From a virus (taxonomy: Duplodnaviria; Caudoviricetes), in the IMG/VR virus record IMGVR_UViG_3300042013_000067, positions 64,001 through 128,000 of that record: 64,000 nucleotides of DNA; one strand, given 5' to 3'. The notes under the pieces were generated by a model. That model made no database searches and was not told where the DNA came from. It worked only from the letters and a program-made list of their open reading frames with translations. Position numbers and translations under genes: made by a program. This document shows, piece after piece, positions 36,846-46,931 of this stretch. Numbering within the stretch: the first letter of the stretch is position 1; every line of letters begins with the position of its first letter.

Positions 36846-37277
36846 TCAACCAGAGAACGGTAGGATGATGGTCAGGTTCGGTACAAACATGAGACTGGAT
36901 GTACGACCTTGTAGTGTGGCTGTTGTAGCACCCGGAGTCAGTGTGTAACTGACGATGTCATTTGGGTCGTACGGTAGATGGTATTTATCATAGAACGCCA
37001 CTAGAGCGTCCCGTAGTGTTGCGTAGTCAGAAGCTACCCCTGGGAGGGCATGACCTGCGAAGTGATCATAGATCCTCACCCGGTTGTAGTAGTGCGTGTC
37101 ACTGCCGGTGTAGTCATTGTCGTTAACCGACAACGAGATTCGTGTATTAGTCGAACCTTGTAGCCACACCTCAGGACTGCCGAAGGTAACCCTACTGATG
37201 TCCAAAGGCGGACTCAGGTTATTCCCAGCGTTGATCGCTCGCACCAGAGCGCTCTTGGGAGATTCGATATAGAGCAT
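36846..37277 (-). CDS. Virion structural protein (RLD-type repeat module)
   Basis: Start ATG 37277. VTFGSP...NTRI...YTG...YYNRVRI...F pattern shared with 37285-38157 and 49674-50222. Confidence 0.65.
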   Translation of the reverse strand: MLYIESPKSALVRAINAGNNLSPPLDISRVTFGSPEVWLQGSTNTRISLSVNDNDYTGSDTHYYNRVRIYDHFAGHALPGVASDYATLRDALVAFYDKYHLPYDPNDIVSYTLTPGATTATLQGRTSSLMFVPNLTIILPFSG

Positions 37278-37284
37278 GCTTGCC

Positions 37285-38157
37285 TCAATCGTAGTGCAGC
37301 AGTAGAGAGCCTGCAAGGGCCGTACAACGCGTTTGATCCAAACGCAGTACAATGAGGTTCCTTTTATCCGTTCTAAGCGTATACGGCTTTATAGGACGCC
37401 CTGAGTAGAGTATCTCGTACTCTGGCCGCCCTAGACGCACTGCAGAGCAGATATTGTACGGTGCTGGGTCATCTTGACACACCCAGACTTGCCCAGTGAC
37501 CTCCTTAAGCACTTGACACAAACGCTCAACACCCACCCCATTAGGGCTGTTCAACAGTGCCAACAGATCGTAACGGTAAGCCGTGAAGTCATGTGCTGCG
37601 GCGTACACGAAGTCCGCTATCCGGCCAGCCATCCCCAACGGCCGAAACACCGTCGGAGAACTCTTCATCGTGAGTGCGGTAGTTAGGGCTTGCTGTAGGC
37701 TATTAACCACCGTCAGCGTCAAGGGCCCAACCCAGCGTAAGGAAGCTGGTTTGCTTTGCAGGGTTACTGCACCGTAATTCGTGACTTCTACAGGTTCGAA
37801 ATCATCGATATCAAACACCACCCCATACAGCGCTTGGATGCGATCGAGTATCGCTTGAGTGTTGGTGGGTAACCGCAGCTGATCCACCAACAGATCTTCC
37901 GATACAGTACGGAAGAAACTGTTTGGATCCAGTCGAGTGAACAGATACTCCAGCTGTTTAGGTAGAGCTGGCAGTTGTTGGGCACTGGAAGTCGAGCGGT
38001 TGGTCTCGATAACTACACGGGTATCTAAACCACCTAACGACTCCAGCGTCACCAGTTTGCAGTTGTAGGGCTCTAGGTTCAAGTACGTACGATCGGAGAT
38101 CATCGTAATCAAACCAGTCCAAGGTTCCATGCTCAGGTAACGACGAACATCAAACAT
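37285..38157 (-). CDS. Virion structural protein (baseplate/tail-associated)
   Basis: 290 aa; FTRLDPNSFF...LPTNTQAILDRIQALYGVVFDIDD...SLRWVG module. Confidence 0.65.
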   Translation of the reverse strand: MFDVRRYLSMEPWTGLITMISDRTYLNLEPYNCKLVTLESLGGLDTRVVIETNRSTSSAQQLPALPKQLEYLFTRLDPNSFFRTVSEDLLVDQLRLPTNTQAILDRIQALYGVVFDIDDFEPVEVTNYGAVTLQSKPASLRWVGPLTLTVVNSLQQALTTALTMKSSPTVFRPLGMAGRIADFVYAAAHDFTAYRYDLLALLNSPNGVGVERLCQVLKEVTGQVWVCQDDPAPYNICSAVRLGRPEYEILYSGRPIKPYTLRTDKRNLIVLRLDQTRCTALAGSLLLHYD

Positions 38158-38172
38158 GCGAGGGTCCTTAGC

Positions 38173-40329
38173 TTAAGGCCATTGAGGGTCAGTGGAGTTC
38201 TGGTACTGATCCATTTGTCCATCTTCGATTGGGGTTTGGTCAAAGACCAGACTGAAACCGCGGATACCAACGCTGGCTACGTCAAAGCGGTATTTCCCCA
38301 TGTGACCATAGAGCTCCTTCATATCGACCATGGGGTTGATATAGTAAGAAGCCTCGGTGGCAGCACCGTAGGTCACATCAGGGTCAATCACTTCAGCCGG
38401 CAGTGCAAAGTCAGTCCGCACTTCCGTGTGCATGTGTCGCACGGTCCAATCGTCGATAGCAAACCGCTTGTGGTCAGACGTTTCACCCCACTGGTCACCG
38501 AAGCGGGTGTCGGTCAACCCAACCACGGTAAAGTCAGTGAAGGCCACATTGGACATGAACTGTAATGGGTAGGAACTCAGACCAGCAATCAGCGAGAGGA
38601 GTTCACGCTGTACTTCGCCCAAGGTAACCACCTTAACCAGGTTCGAGCCAGTGGCGATGTTAATGCAATCAGTCAGCAGTTGTTCCAGTTCAAAGTTATC
38701 GAGATCGGCAATCTCGAACTGGTTGTCTGTAAAGTACTGTTCGAAGCTCAGCTGTTCATCAATGAGAGGACAGCGAATGTGCATGAAGTGACGACGCACT
38801 ATTTGTTCGGCGTAGTTACGCCCCATGTAGTGTTCTTGGAAGCTGTAAAGCTCCCACAGTTTGATATACTCTTTATGCAGTTGTGCACAATCGAGGTAGA
38901 AGCGCTCCGTCGAGATGTATTCGGTCAATGGTGTAACCCGATCCATTACCGCTTCGATCATGCCTTCACGTAAGCCGTTCTTGGGTACGATCGACCGCAG
39001 TTCAGCAAACGTCGGCAAAGGGGCACGTAGGACGTCATAGGCATGCATCACGGGAATGCTCGGGAACTCATAACCGTAGATCTTGCCAATCGCGTACATC
39101 GAGCAGATAAGGGCGTCTTTCACCGTCATCGACATGTACTCACCACTGCGCGGGTGAGGGATCTGTACATAAGCACGATAACGACTGTGCGTGGACAGGT
39201 ACACCCAGTGGTTGAGCAGTACGTTCATCAAACTACGAACTGAGGAGTTACTGCGGTCGATGACCTCGGAGTCCAGCACCTTAGTGGGCATACTGGAGAA
39301 GCCAGACATCTTGACCTTCTCTTCGATCTCTACTTCAGTATCGAAAGCTACCTTGGAGTTGTCCCGAGCCAGCAGGGTCTCACGATCCAATACGTTAGCT
39401 ACCGTGGTCTTCTCGTTACCGGGAGTCACACTGCGCATGTTGATGTCGTGTTTGACCATCTCAACTTGCGAGTAGAGTTCCGCAGGCATCAGTTCCGTGT
39501 TCTGATTCAGTGTGTAGCGAATCAGTGGAATACCACGTGGGGTTAGTAGCTTACCCACCAAACGGTCAAAGATCTCTTGACGCCCTGGGTTGCGTTTGAT
39601 GTACCAGATGTTACGGTACAGCCACAGTTGCTGTGACTTGGTGAGGTAGGGCAGGTATCGATCGAGTCGACCATGACTGGCTAAGTGTTCACGGATGTGG
39701 AAGCTGTGGGCACGCCGTGTATTGCAGTTCGCCCAACGCAGGTTCTCGATAGCTTTAGCCATCGACATGTAGAGCTCACCGATGTAGTGCTGCAGATACA
39801 AGTCATCGGTATTAAGGTAGGCTTCGTTAAACCAGCGCAGTTGGTAGGTCAACACCCAGTTCTGCAAATTACGGATCAGATTGTCTTCGTTGTCTTCGAC
39901 CAGCGAAGCATCGTAGTACAAAATGTCACCATTATTTGAGTTTATGGCCACCTGAGGATCAACAGGTGCAATGATCCCTTTAATCAGGTCAACTTGGCCT
40001 GGGTACTTCGCCACAAGGTTATTGTAATAGACAGTGCCGTATTGATACTCCCGAGCCGTAGCTCGGTGATACCGTAAGTTTTCTTTGGTGAACTCGATGA
40101 TCTCACGAGTGTCCATAGAACGGACGGTCATCATGGTATCAGCGGCGTGGTAAATCCCCGCCAAGTTCAGGTAATACTTCCAGCCCGTTGGGTCTTCCAT
40201 GTTGACCACCACATTTTTACTGAGGAGGTCTGCGTTGATCACATCGGCAACATGGCTGGATTTAATTACAATCGACCTGACTAAGCGAAAGATATCGTTC
40301 CGATACGAAGTGTAATTGAACTGACTCAT
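38173..40329 (-). CDS. Baseplate wedge-like virion protein (phiKZ gp128 position)
   Basis: 718 aa. WKYYLNLAGIYH, HSFHIREHLASHG, QQLWLYRNIWYI..NPG..EIF..L; adjacent and divergent to the portal as in phiKZ. Confidence 0.7.
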   Translation of the reverse strand: MSQFNYTSYRNDIFRLVRSIVIKSSHVADVINADLLSKNVVVNMEDPTGWKYYLNLAGIYHAADTMMTVRSMDTREIIEFTKENLRYHRATAREYQYGTVYYNNLVAKYPGQVDLIKGIIAPVDPQVAINSNNGDILYYDASLVEDNEDNLIRNLQNWVLTYQLRWFNEAYLNTDDLYLQHYIGELYMSMAKAIENLRWANCNTRRAHSFHIREHLASHGRLDRYLPYLTKSQQLWLYRNIWYIKRNPGRQEIFDRLVGKLLTPRGIPLIRYTLNQNTELMPAELYSQVEMVKHDINMRSVTPGNEKTTVANVLDRETLLARDNSKVAFDTEVEIEEKVKMSGFSSMPTKVLDSEVIDRSNSSVRSLMNVLLNHWVYLSTHSRYRAYVQIPHPRSGEYMSMTVKDALICSMYAIGKIYGYEFPSIPVMHAYDVLRAPLPTFAELRSIVPKNGLREGMIEAVMDRVTPLTEYISTERFYLDCAQLHKEYIKLWELYSFQEHYMGRNYAEQIVRRHFMHIRCPLIDEQLSFEQYFTDNQFEIADLDNFELEQLLTDCINIATGSNLVKVVTLGEVQRELLSLIAGLSSYPLQFMSNVAFTDFTVVGLTDTRFGDQWGETSDHKRFAIDDWTVRHMHTEVRTDFALPAEVIDPDVTYGAATEASYYINPMVDMKELYGHMGKYRFDVASVGIRGFSLVFDQTPIEDGQMDQYQNSTDPQWP

Positions 40330-40356
40330 GAATTTATCCGCAAGAGGTGGAAAGTA

Positions 40357-43140
40357 GTGGACGCACGCTACCCACGCATCCAGGCTAAAACGCCACTAGG
40401 GGATGCTAACCGTTCGGTGTTGAGCAAGTTGGTCCGGGATACTAATACTCCCGGTGTGAGCAATACCAACCGACATTACATTCTTACTGACCCGCTGAGC
40501 ATGAACCGGATTTCCCGGAACACTGCGCAGAACGTGGTCGACTCCGAAGCGATCATGCAGGTGCTGCCAGAAATGGAGCACGTGATTCAGATCATCGTAG
40601 GTACGGTGCTGAATCCGAAGGACATGTCCAACACGGAACTCAACATCTCTATTGAGGACAACAGCTTCAATAGCGAGATGAACCGTGTACTCCTTGAGGT
40701 GGTCAGCGACTACTTTAAGAAGGACTATAAGATGGGTGATCGTCTGGAGAAAGTTTTGGAGGATATTGTTGCCCGAAAAGGCGCGTATATCCAAGCCATT
40801 CTTCCAGAGAACGCACTTGATCTGATCATCAACGGCGAGCGTAAAATCTCGGCTGAAGAGTTCGGTAGTGCGGTCCGTCGTTTCGAACAAGGGCGACCAC
40901 TGGGCTTGCTCGGTGTAGCAGATCTACCGGAGGCTTTGAAGAAGTCACACCACGTAGAATCGGTGTCGATCGAAAACTTCGGTCCGGAAGAACAGAAGGT
41001 GCTGCAGACGGTTGGTTTCACCGGCAACAACGTGACCGTCAGTGATAACTTCCACCTGCTCAAAACACGTACCCACAGTAAACAACGTCAGCGCATGGTG
41101 GTAAACCAACTCATCCGTCGGGAATCGGTGTCGCTGGAAGAACACCGCGGCATGCAATCCGGTCTCACGCCGGATCAAGTCGAGGAACTCTATCGTCGTC
41201 AATCGGGTGGTCAGTATCAGCAGACCATCATCATCGAGAAACCGGAGTTCATGGAGCGTCCTTCTGTGGGGCATCCACTGGTGCTGGATCTCGATCCAGC
41301 TGCGGTAGTGCCGGTGTTCCCACCAGGACGTCCGTATGAACAAGTGGGTTGCTTCGTACTGATCGACCTGTATGGTCGTCCAGTCTCAACTGACTACTCC
41401 TCGGACTACTACAACGACCTGCGTCAAGACTTCGACAAGCGTTATGGCCAGACTGACAATACGTCGGAACTGCTGCGCATCACCCGTGAAGCATTGGGCG
41501 GTGGTGATGGTCAGAACAAATACGAAATCGAGCAGATCCACCAGTCCTACAGCTCGATTGTTGAAGCGGACCTGAAGAAGCGTCTGGTCAACGGTGCGTA
41601 TCGTGAAGAGTTCGAACTGGGCTTCTCCGAAGAAATCAAACGCATCATGTTCAGCCGTCACTTGAAGCAGCAGAACACCCGACTGATTTACGTGCCTGGT
41701 GAGCTGATGGTTTACGCGGCATTCTACTACGACCAAAACGGTGTGGGTCAATCCATGCTGGCGCGCTCCAAGATCTTGGCTAACATGCGCTCTGTGCTGC
41801 TGTTCGCTGAAACCATGGCTGGCGTACGTAACGCGGTAGGCCGTAAGAAAGTTAACATCAACCTAGATCCTAACGATCCGGACAAAACTGCTACCGTGTC
41901 TGACATGCAGCAGTTGATCTTGGAATCGGGTCGCCGTGGCTTCCCTATTGGGGCACCAGATCCAGGCCAGATCCTCGACTACTTGAACCGTGCTGGTTAT
42001 GACTTCAGTATCAATGCCAACGGCGCTGAAGACTACCACCAAATGTCGGTCGACTACGACGACTACAACACCAACATTCAAGCCGGTAACCCAGAGCTGC
42101 AAGAGCGTCTGCGCAAGATGCACATCTCCAGCATGGCCGTACCGCCTGAGAAAGCAGACCCGGAGAACGGGGCTGAGTTCGCTACCAGTATCGTGCACAA
42201 CGACCTGTTGTTTGCTCGTCGTGTGAAGTCGATGCAAAAGGCGTTTACCGACAGCTTGACCAAATTCGTACGAGTCTACACCCTTAACTCCTCGGTCCTC
42301 GTTAACAAACTGTTAGCCTGTATCAAGGATAACCCGGAAGCCATCCCTGCTGAGTATAACCAGCGTCCGGGTATCGAGATGGTGGAAGACTTTATCAACG
42401 CACTGCTGGTCAAACTACCTGAACCAGACACCAGTCGTACCCAACTGATGTTGGACATGATGGAGCAACATAGTCAGTTGCTCGACAAAGTCCTCGAAGC
42501 TTACATCACTACCGAACTGTTCCCCGAGGAATACATGGTCAAAGGTGGTTCTGTGGAGAAAGCCATTGCGGCGATCAAAGCACACTTCATGCGACTGTTC
42601 ATCCACGACAACAATATCCTCCCTGCGGTGGGTGTGTTGTACGAGATGGAAGAAGGCAAGCCGGTATTCAGTCTGCTCGATGGCCAGAACTTGGCTTTCG
42701 AATCGCTGGGTACAACTATCCAAGAGTACATCAGTCATCTGGAAGTCACCCGTAAGCAATGGTCGGAGAAATTCGTTAACCAGTCTGCGGGTATGGACGG
42801 TGGCATGGGTGGCGACACCAGCGGTGACTTCGGTGGTGGGGATGACTCCTTCGGTGGCGGTATGGACGATACCTCCTTCGGTGGCGGAGGTGACGACTCC
42901 TTTGGCGGTGATGATACCGCGTTCGGGGGCGACAATAACAACGGTGGCATCGACGATGCGCCACCGGAAGACTCCGCTAACCTAACGGGTGAAGAACCTC
43001 CACTCGACGATACAAACCAATCTAACGCTGACGATACTTCTGTGGAACCTGCCGACACGAACGAACCTGAACCACCGATAGAAATCGATGAGAACGGTAA
43101 GAAAGTTGAGGACGAGGAAGAAGAGGACGAGCAGAAGTAG
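40357..43140 (+). CDS. Portal protein (phiKZ gp129-like)
   Basis: 927 aa, GTG start with SD. LPEME...I.V..VL.PKDM, VGHPLV..L...AVVPV..PG.P...VG.FVL.D..G, FYYD.NGVG.SML; long acidic C-terminal tail. Confidence 0.85.
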   Translation: MDARYPRIQAKTPLGDANRSVLSKLVRDTNTPGVSNTNRHYILTDPLSMNRISRNTAQNVVDSEAIMQVLPEMEHVIQIIVGTVLNPKDMSNTELNISIEDNSFNSEMNRVLLEVVSDYFKKDYKMGDRLEKVLEDIVARKGAYIQAILPENALDLIINGERKISAEEFGSAVRRFEQGRPLGLLGVADLPEALKKSHHVESVSIENFGPEEQKVLQTVGFTGNNVTVSDNFHLLKTRTHSKQRQRMVVNQLIRRESVSLEEHRGMQSGLTPDQVEELYRRQSGGQYQQTIIIEKPEFMERPSVGHPLVLDLDPAAVVPVFPPGRPYEQVGCFVLIDLYGRPVSTDYSSDYYNDLRQDFDKRYGQTDNTSELLRITREALGGGDGQNKYEIEQIHQSYSSIVEADLKKRLVNGAYREEFELGFSEEIKRIMFSRHLKQQNTRLIYVPGELMVYAAFYYDQNGVGQSMLARSKILANMRSVLLFAETMAGVRNAVGRKKVNINLDPNDPDKTATVSDMQQLILESGRRGFPIGAPDPGQILDYLNRAGYDFSINANGAEDYHQMSVDYDDYNTNIQAGNPELQERLRKMHISSMAVPPEKADPENGAEFATSIVHNDLLFARRVKSMQKAFTDSLTKFVRVYTLNSSVLVNKLLACIKDNPEAIPAEYNQRPGIEMVEDFINALLVKLPEPDTSRTQLMLDMMEQHSQLLDKVLEAYITTELFPEEYMVKGGSVEKAIAAIKAHFMRLFIHDNNILPAVGVLYEMEEGKPVFSLLDGQNLAFESLGTTIQEYISHLEVTRKQWSEKFVNQSAGMDGGMGGDTSGDFGGGDDSFGGGMDDTSFGGGGDDSFGGDDTAFGGDNNNGGIDDAPPEDSANLTGEEPPLDDTNQSNADDTSVEPADTNEPEPPIEIDENGKKVEDEEEEDEQK
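42793..42930 (+). repeat. Intragenic FGG/DD low-complexity repeat in the portal tail
   Basis: DGGMGGDTSGDFGGGDDSFGGGMDDTSFGGGGDDSFGGDDTAFGG contains five FGG units. Confidence 0.85.
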
Positions 43141-43143
43141 TAA

Positions 43144-43186
43144 ACGGACATAGGCCCCTCCCGCGGTGGGAGGGGCTTTATGCCGT
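43144..43186. terminator. Conserved palindromic hairpin at a convergent junction
   Basis: ACGGACATAGGCCCCTCCC-GCGGT-GGGAGGGGCTTTATGCCGT. Confidence 0.8.
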
Positions 43187-43203
43187 CTAGAAGACTAACC
43201 GAC

Positions 43204-43851
43204 CTATGCCATCAGCGTAGTTGGGATTGTAGGTAGACCGGCGATGGTGGTAGCCGCCTCGATCTGATCCTTCAGTGCCCAGCTGGCTGCGTACACTTGC
43301 GTCCCAGCCACCAGTGCGGCATCGCACATAGCCAACAGTTCAGTGGGGGTCAGTGGATAGCCGATGTTTTCGGTGCTGCGGAACATCGTCGACATGGTTA
43401 GGTTGTTGGCGATCAAGTACTGGGCCTGTCCTTTCAACAGCAACAGGTTTACTCGATCTTCAGGACGAAGTTGAACCCCAAATACTGTCTCTGGGGTGAG
43501 TTCGTAGATGAAGCCGTCAGCGAGATCCTTCTCACGAATAGCCAAGACTTGATCCGCCAACTCACGTTTCTTATCATTCAACTGCGCTTCTAATTCAAGT
43601 GCGGTGAATGAACGGGTGATCCACGTTTGATAGTAAGCACCAGCCGTCAAAACGGGGGCGCCTTCAGTGACCACATCACCCGCTGGTTTAGTGGTCGGAT
43701 TTACTGCAGCGAAGCCGAACTCAGCGATGCAGTCTTCATCCGGGGTCTCCGGGAAGCTGACCGTCGGGTTGGCTTGGCGCACGTGTTGGAAGTACATCGG
43801 GTATTCGCCGGTGTCGACCTTAAGGAGCGAGGTGCTTGCGTTGATTTCCAT
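43204..43851 (-). CDS. Tail-fibre assembly chaperone-like protein (DUF4376-type C-terminus)
   Basis: N-terminal YP......R..NP.VSFP......LA.FG...V.....P......EG.P......QTW. C-terminal QLRPEDRVNL...FRS.EN....LT..EL. Lies directly after the fibre gene. Confidence 0.7.
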   Translation of the reverse strand: MEINASTSLLKVDTGEYPMYFQHVRQANPTVSFPETPDEDCIAEFGFAAVNPTTKPAGDVVTEGAPVLTAGAYYQTWITRSFTALELEAQLNDKKRELADQVLAIREKDLADGFIYELTPETVFGVQLRPEDRVNLLLLKGQAQYLIANNLTMSTMFRSTENIGYPLTPTELLAMCDAALVAGTQVYAASWALKDQIEAATTIAGLPTIPTTLMA

Positions 43852-43872
43852 GGTGTTCTCTTAAATGAGGTA

Positions 43873-43891
43873 AGGGGCCCGTAGGCCCCCT
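43873..43891. terminator. Small hairpin between fibre and chaperone genes
   Basis: GGGGCC-CGTA-GGCCCC. Confidence 0.4.
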
Positions 43892-43896
43892 ACAGG

Positions 43897-46881
43897 TTAC
43901 GCCGTAGCGCCGACCGAACCAACCCACTGCGTACCGTCCCAGAACAGGACAACTACGGTGAAGGTGGCACCCAAGGTAGGAGCTGTACCACCGCTCCAGA
44001 TAATGCCAGCAGGCCATGTGATTTGAGCAGCGTTACCTGCAACCTTAACCACCACAGTCATGGCCAAGTTAGCACCAGGGGCGTTAGCGAAGGCCAGCGT
44101 GCGTGCTACCGATGCCGACACAGTGAACACCTGTTGTACAGCGAGGTCCAATGTGGCGGTCGATGCCGCTACTTTCAGGGTGTAGCGATCGAAGGTATTT
44201 TCAACCCACTGTCCGTTACGACGAGTATACTTCTTATCGTCCGATGGCGCGTCCGCGGTGATAGGGAAGACAATCTCAGCCCAAGCACCGTTAATACGAC
44301 CGTGTAACTTACCATCGCTAGGGGCCTCACCTACAGCCACAACGAGCTCAGCCCAGTCACCGTTGATACGGATGTACTTCTTACCGTCCACCGGCGCTTC
44401 CAGTACATCGAGGACTTTCCACACGCCATTGAGACGGGTGTATTCCTGATCGTCCAGCGGTGCATCGTAGACGTTACCACCACCCAGATAACCCAGTGGT
44501 GCCCAGAGGACATCCGTGGTCTTCTTGAAGTACTGCAACGTGGCGCTGTTGAGGAAGTAGTCATTACGACGACCATCAAGCGCTTGAGGATCACGACCCA
44601 ACACCACCCAGAGCGTACCGGTATCACCCTTATCGCCCTTGTCACCCTTCTGGCCGATACCGATGTCGCCTTGGTCACCCTTATCGCCCTTGTCCCCTTT
44701 AGGGCCTTGGATAGCCCCGAGGTCTTCGTACGCTGTACCTGTCCAACCCCAGAAGTTCAGGCCGATCATGTAACCTTCGCCCAGTGTACCAGTACCAGGC
44801 AATTCAGACGTGTTGGCGAACTTACCGAGGATAGTAATGCCAGGACCCATCGGACCTTCAGAACCGACTGGACCACGGACGTTGCCCATGAATACAAAGG
44901 CGGTGCCGTTATGGCTGTAGATGTCACCAGTGCCCACGATGTAGGTATCACCATCCTGCGGGTCTACCAAACCATCCAATTCTGGCTGGGTGGCTAAGTA
45001 GCCTTTTGGAGTGAACGCTGCACCGGTTTCGCCCTGATCCCCTTTATCACCCTTATCGCCTTTAAGCGATGCAATGAAACTGGGCAGGTCGGTAATGGCA
45101 GGATCGTTTTCCATGGCCACAGCCAAGGCCGATTTACCATCAGGACCGATAGGGCCAGTCAGGTCACCTGCGTCGTACCAGATGGTGCCGTTCCAGATGT
45201 GCATGTTGTTTTGCGCACCGTTGGGTACGATGTAGGCATCACCCACCACTTGGCCTGTGATAGCAGCCAAAGCAGTCAGGTCAGCGAGATCACCCAGGAC
45301 AGTTAGGTTACGCCCCGCATCACCTTTAAGCGAAGCCAGCCATGCCGTCACATCACCTACGAAGCCATCAGTGATGGCCACGATGTAGGCGCTATCGCCT
45401 GGATCACCTTTATCGCCGTCATCACCCTTGTCGCCCTTCAGGCCTTTAAGGGTAGCCAGCCATTCGGTAATGGTACCCACGAAGCCTTCGTCCAGAGCCA
45501 GCTGATAAGCCGATTTACCGGTCTCACCTACGAACTCACCGAGGTCGTTCCAAACGGCACCGAACCAACTGTAGAGACGAGTACCAACCACGTAGCTATC
45601 GTAGTCAGCATCACCGGTAGCCGGTAGCTCACCAACGGTTGCCACTACTCCGACAACCTTCAGTCCAGTACCTTGCTCGCCCGTGTCACCACGCAGGCCA
45701 CGTGGACCCTCCTCGCCCTGCAGGCTAACCATGAACGCCGCTTCGTCACCAACGCCACCCAGTTGTTGCCACAGTTCGTAAGCGGACGTGCCGGTGTCGC
45801 CTTTAAGCGAAGCCAGCCACTCGGTACGAGTACCGACAAAGCCATCAGCGATGGCTACGAGGTAGGCGTTATCCCCGTCATTACCCGTGTCGCCTTTATC
45901 ACCCTTGTCCCCTTTATCGCCTTTGAGACCCTGTGGACCAACGATGTTGCCAGCGTCGAACCATTCAGTGCCTTCCCAGACGTACAGGTTGGTGCCGATC
46001 AGGTAACCGTCGGAGATAGTAGCACCCGCAGGCAAGTCACCTACAGTCGCTACGGCACCACGCAGGATCACGACCGCAGCAGAACTACCTGTGTCACCCT
46101 TATCGCCTTTATCACCCGTCAGACCGATGTCACCCTTGAGTCCTTTGATGGACTCCAGCCACTGGGTACGGTTACCGGCGAACCCTTGATCGACGGCGAT
46201 CTGATAAGCGTCCTTACCACGCAGACTCGTTAGCCACTGGGTGGTAGTACCCACGTAGCCGAACTGCACGGCGAGTTGGTAAGCGGACTTACCATCTGGA
46301 CCGACTTGACCCACTGGGGACCAAGTGACGGTGTCCCACACCCACATCACGTTCTGGATGATGTACGTGTCGCCTGACAGGTTGTCGGCCATTGGCAGAA
46401 AATCTGTCGATGGAAAGCTACCGAGAATCCGCAGACCAATACCATCGATACCTTTCGGCCCAGATACATCACCGCCGTCAACCCAGGTACCTTCAACCAC
46501 AACCCAGATGTGCTTCTCGATGAACCACGCATCACCGTTAGGCAGCGCACTGGCGTCAGGCAGTAGCTCTACACTACCCAGCTGACCCTTAACATTCAAG
46601 ATGCCGACACCACCAACATCGCCTTTGTCGCCCTTATCGCCTTTAAGCGAAATCAGGTATTCAACCAAGGTACCCACAAAACCATTGTCTTTGGCCAATT
46701 GGTAGGCATCTTTACCCGCAATACCACCCAGACCTGCTTCGGCAGGATCGACGAACTCTACCGTCAGACCCACACCCGTGGTGAGTGCGATGAGCCCCGG
46801 CGTTACCGTCGTTGGGTCCATCTGGGAAGAGACTCGACGGGGTAGCTCGTCATTGACAAACACCTCGAAAGGAGTAGGCAT
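43897..46881 (-). CDS. Collagen-repeat tail fibre protein
   Basis: 994 aa. Repeated modules G.SAY..A...GFVGT..EWL.SLKG.KGDKGD and LG......LP....GD.Y......W.G..W...G.I.GP.G; three AP.DGK.Y.R.NG.W repeats; compact C-terminal beta domain. Confidence 0.85.
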   Translation of the reverse strand: MPTPFEVFVNDELPRRVSSQMDPTTVTPGLIALTTGVGLTVEFVDPAEAGLGGIAGKDAYQLAKDNGFVGTLVEYLISLKGDKGDKGDVGGVGILNVKGQLGSVELLPDASALPNGDAWFIEKHIWVVVEGTWVDGGDVSGPKGIDGIGLRILGSFPSTDFLPMADNLSGDTYIIQNVMWVWDTVTWSPVGQVGPDGKSAYQLAVQFGYVGTTTQWLTSLRGKDAYQIAVDQGFAGNRTQWLESIKGLKGDIGLTGDKGDKGDTGSSAAVVILRGAVATVGDLPAGATISDGYLIGTNLYVWEGTEWFDAGNIVGPQGLKGDKGDKGDKGDTGNDGDNAYLVAIADGFVGTRTEWLASLKGDTGTSAYELWQQLGGVGDEAAFMVSLQGEEGPRGLRGDTGEQGTGLKVVGVVATVGELPATGDADYDSYVVGTRLYSWFGAVWNDLGEFVGETGKSAYQLALDEGFVGTITEWLATLKGLKGDKGDDGDKGDPGDSAYIVAITDGFVGDVTAWLASLKGDAGRNLTVLGDLADLTALAAITGQVVGDAYIVPNGAQNNMHIWNGTIWYDAGDLTGPIGPDGKSALAVAMENDPAITDLPSFIASLKGDKGDKGDQGETGAAFTPKGYLATQPELDGLVDPQDGDTYIVGTGDIYSHNGTAFVFMGNVRGPVGSEGPMGPGITILGKFANTSELPGTGTLGEGYMIGLNFWGWTGTAYEDLGAIQGPKGDKGDKGDQGDIGIGQKGDKGDKGDTGTLWVVLGRDPQALDGRRNDYFLNSATLQYFKKTTDVLWAPLGYLGGGNVYDAPLDDQEYTRLNGVWKVLDVLEAPVDGKKYIRINGDWAELVVAVGEAPSDGKLHGRINGAWAEIVFPITADAPSDDKKYTRRNGQWVENTFDRYTLKVAASTATLDLAVQQVFTVSASVARTLAFANAPGANLAMTVVVKVAGNAAQITWPAGIIWSGGTAPTLGATFTVVVLFWDGTQWVGSVGATA

Positions 46882-46931
46882 TTACGTATCCTCTTAAATT
46901 GGCCACGGTGTGACGTGGCCATACTTCGAAA

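Noticed and set aside
43897-46881. Repeated DNA tracts in the fibre gene as a possible DGR template/variable repeat pair or CRISPR-like array
   Set aside because: The repeats are in-frame collagen codons with irregular spacing. There is no adenine-specific divergence and no RT or cas gene in the window.
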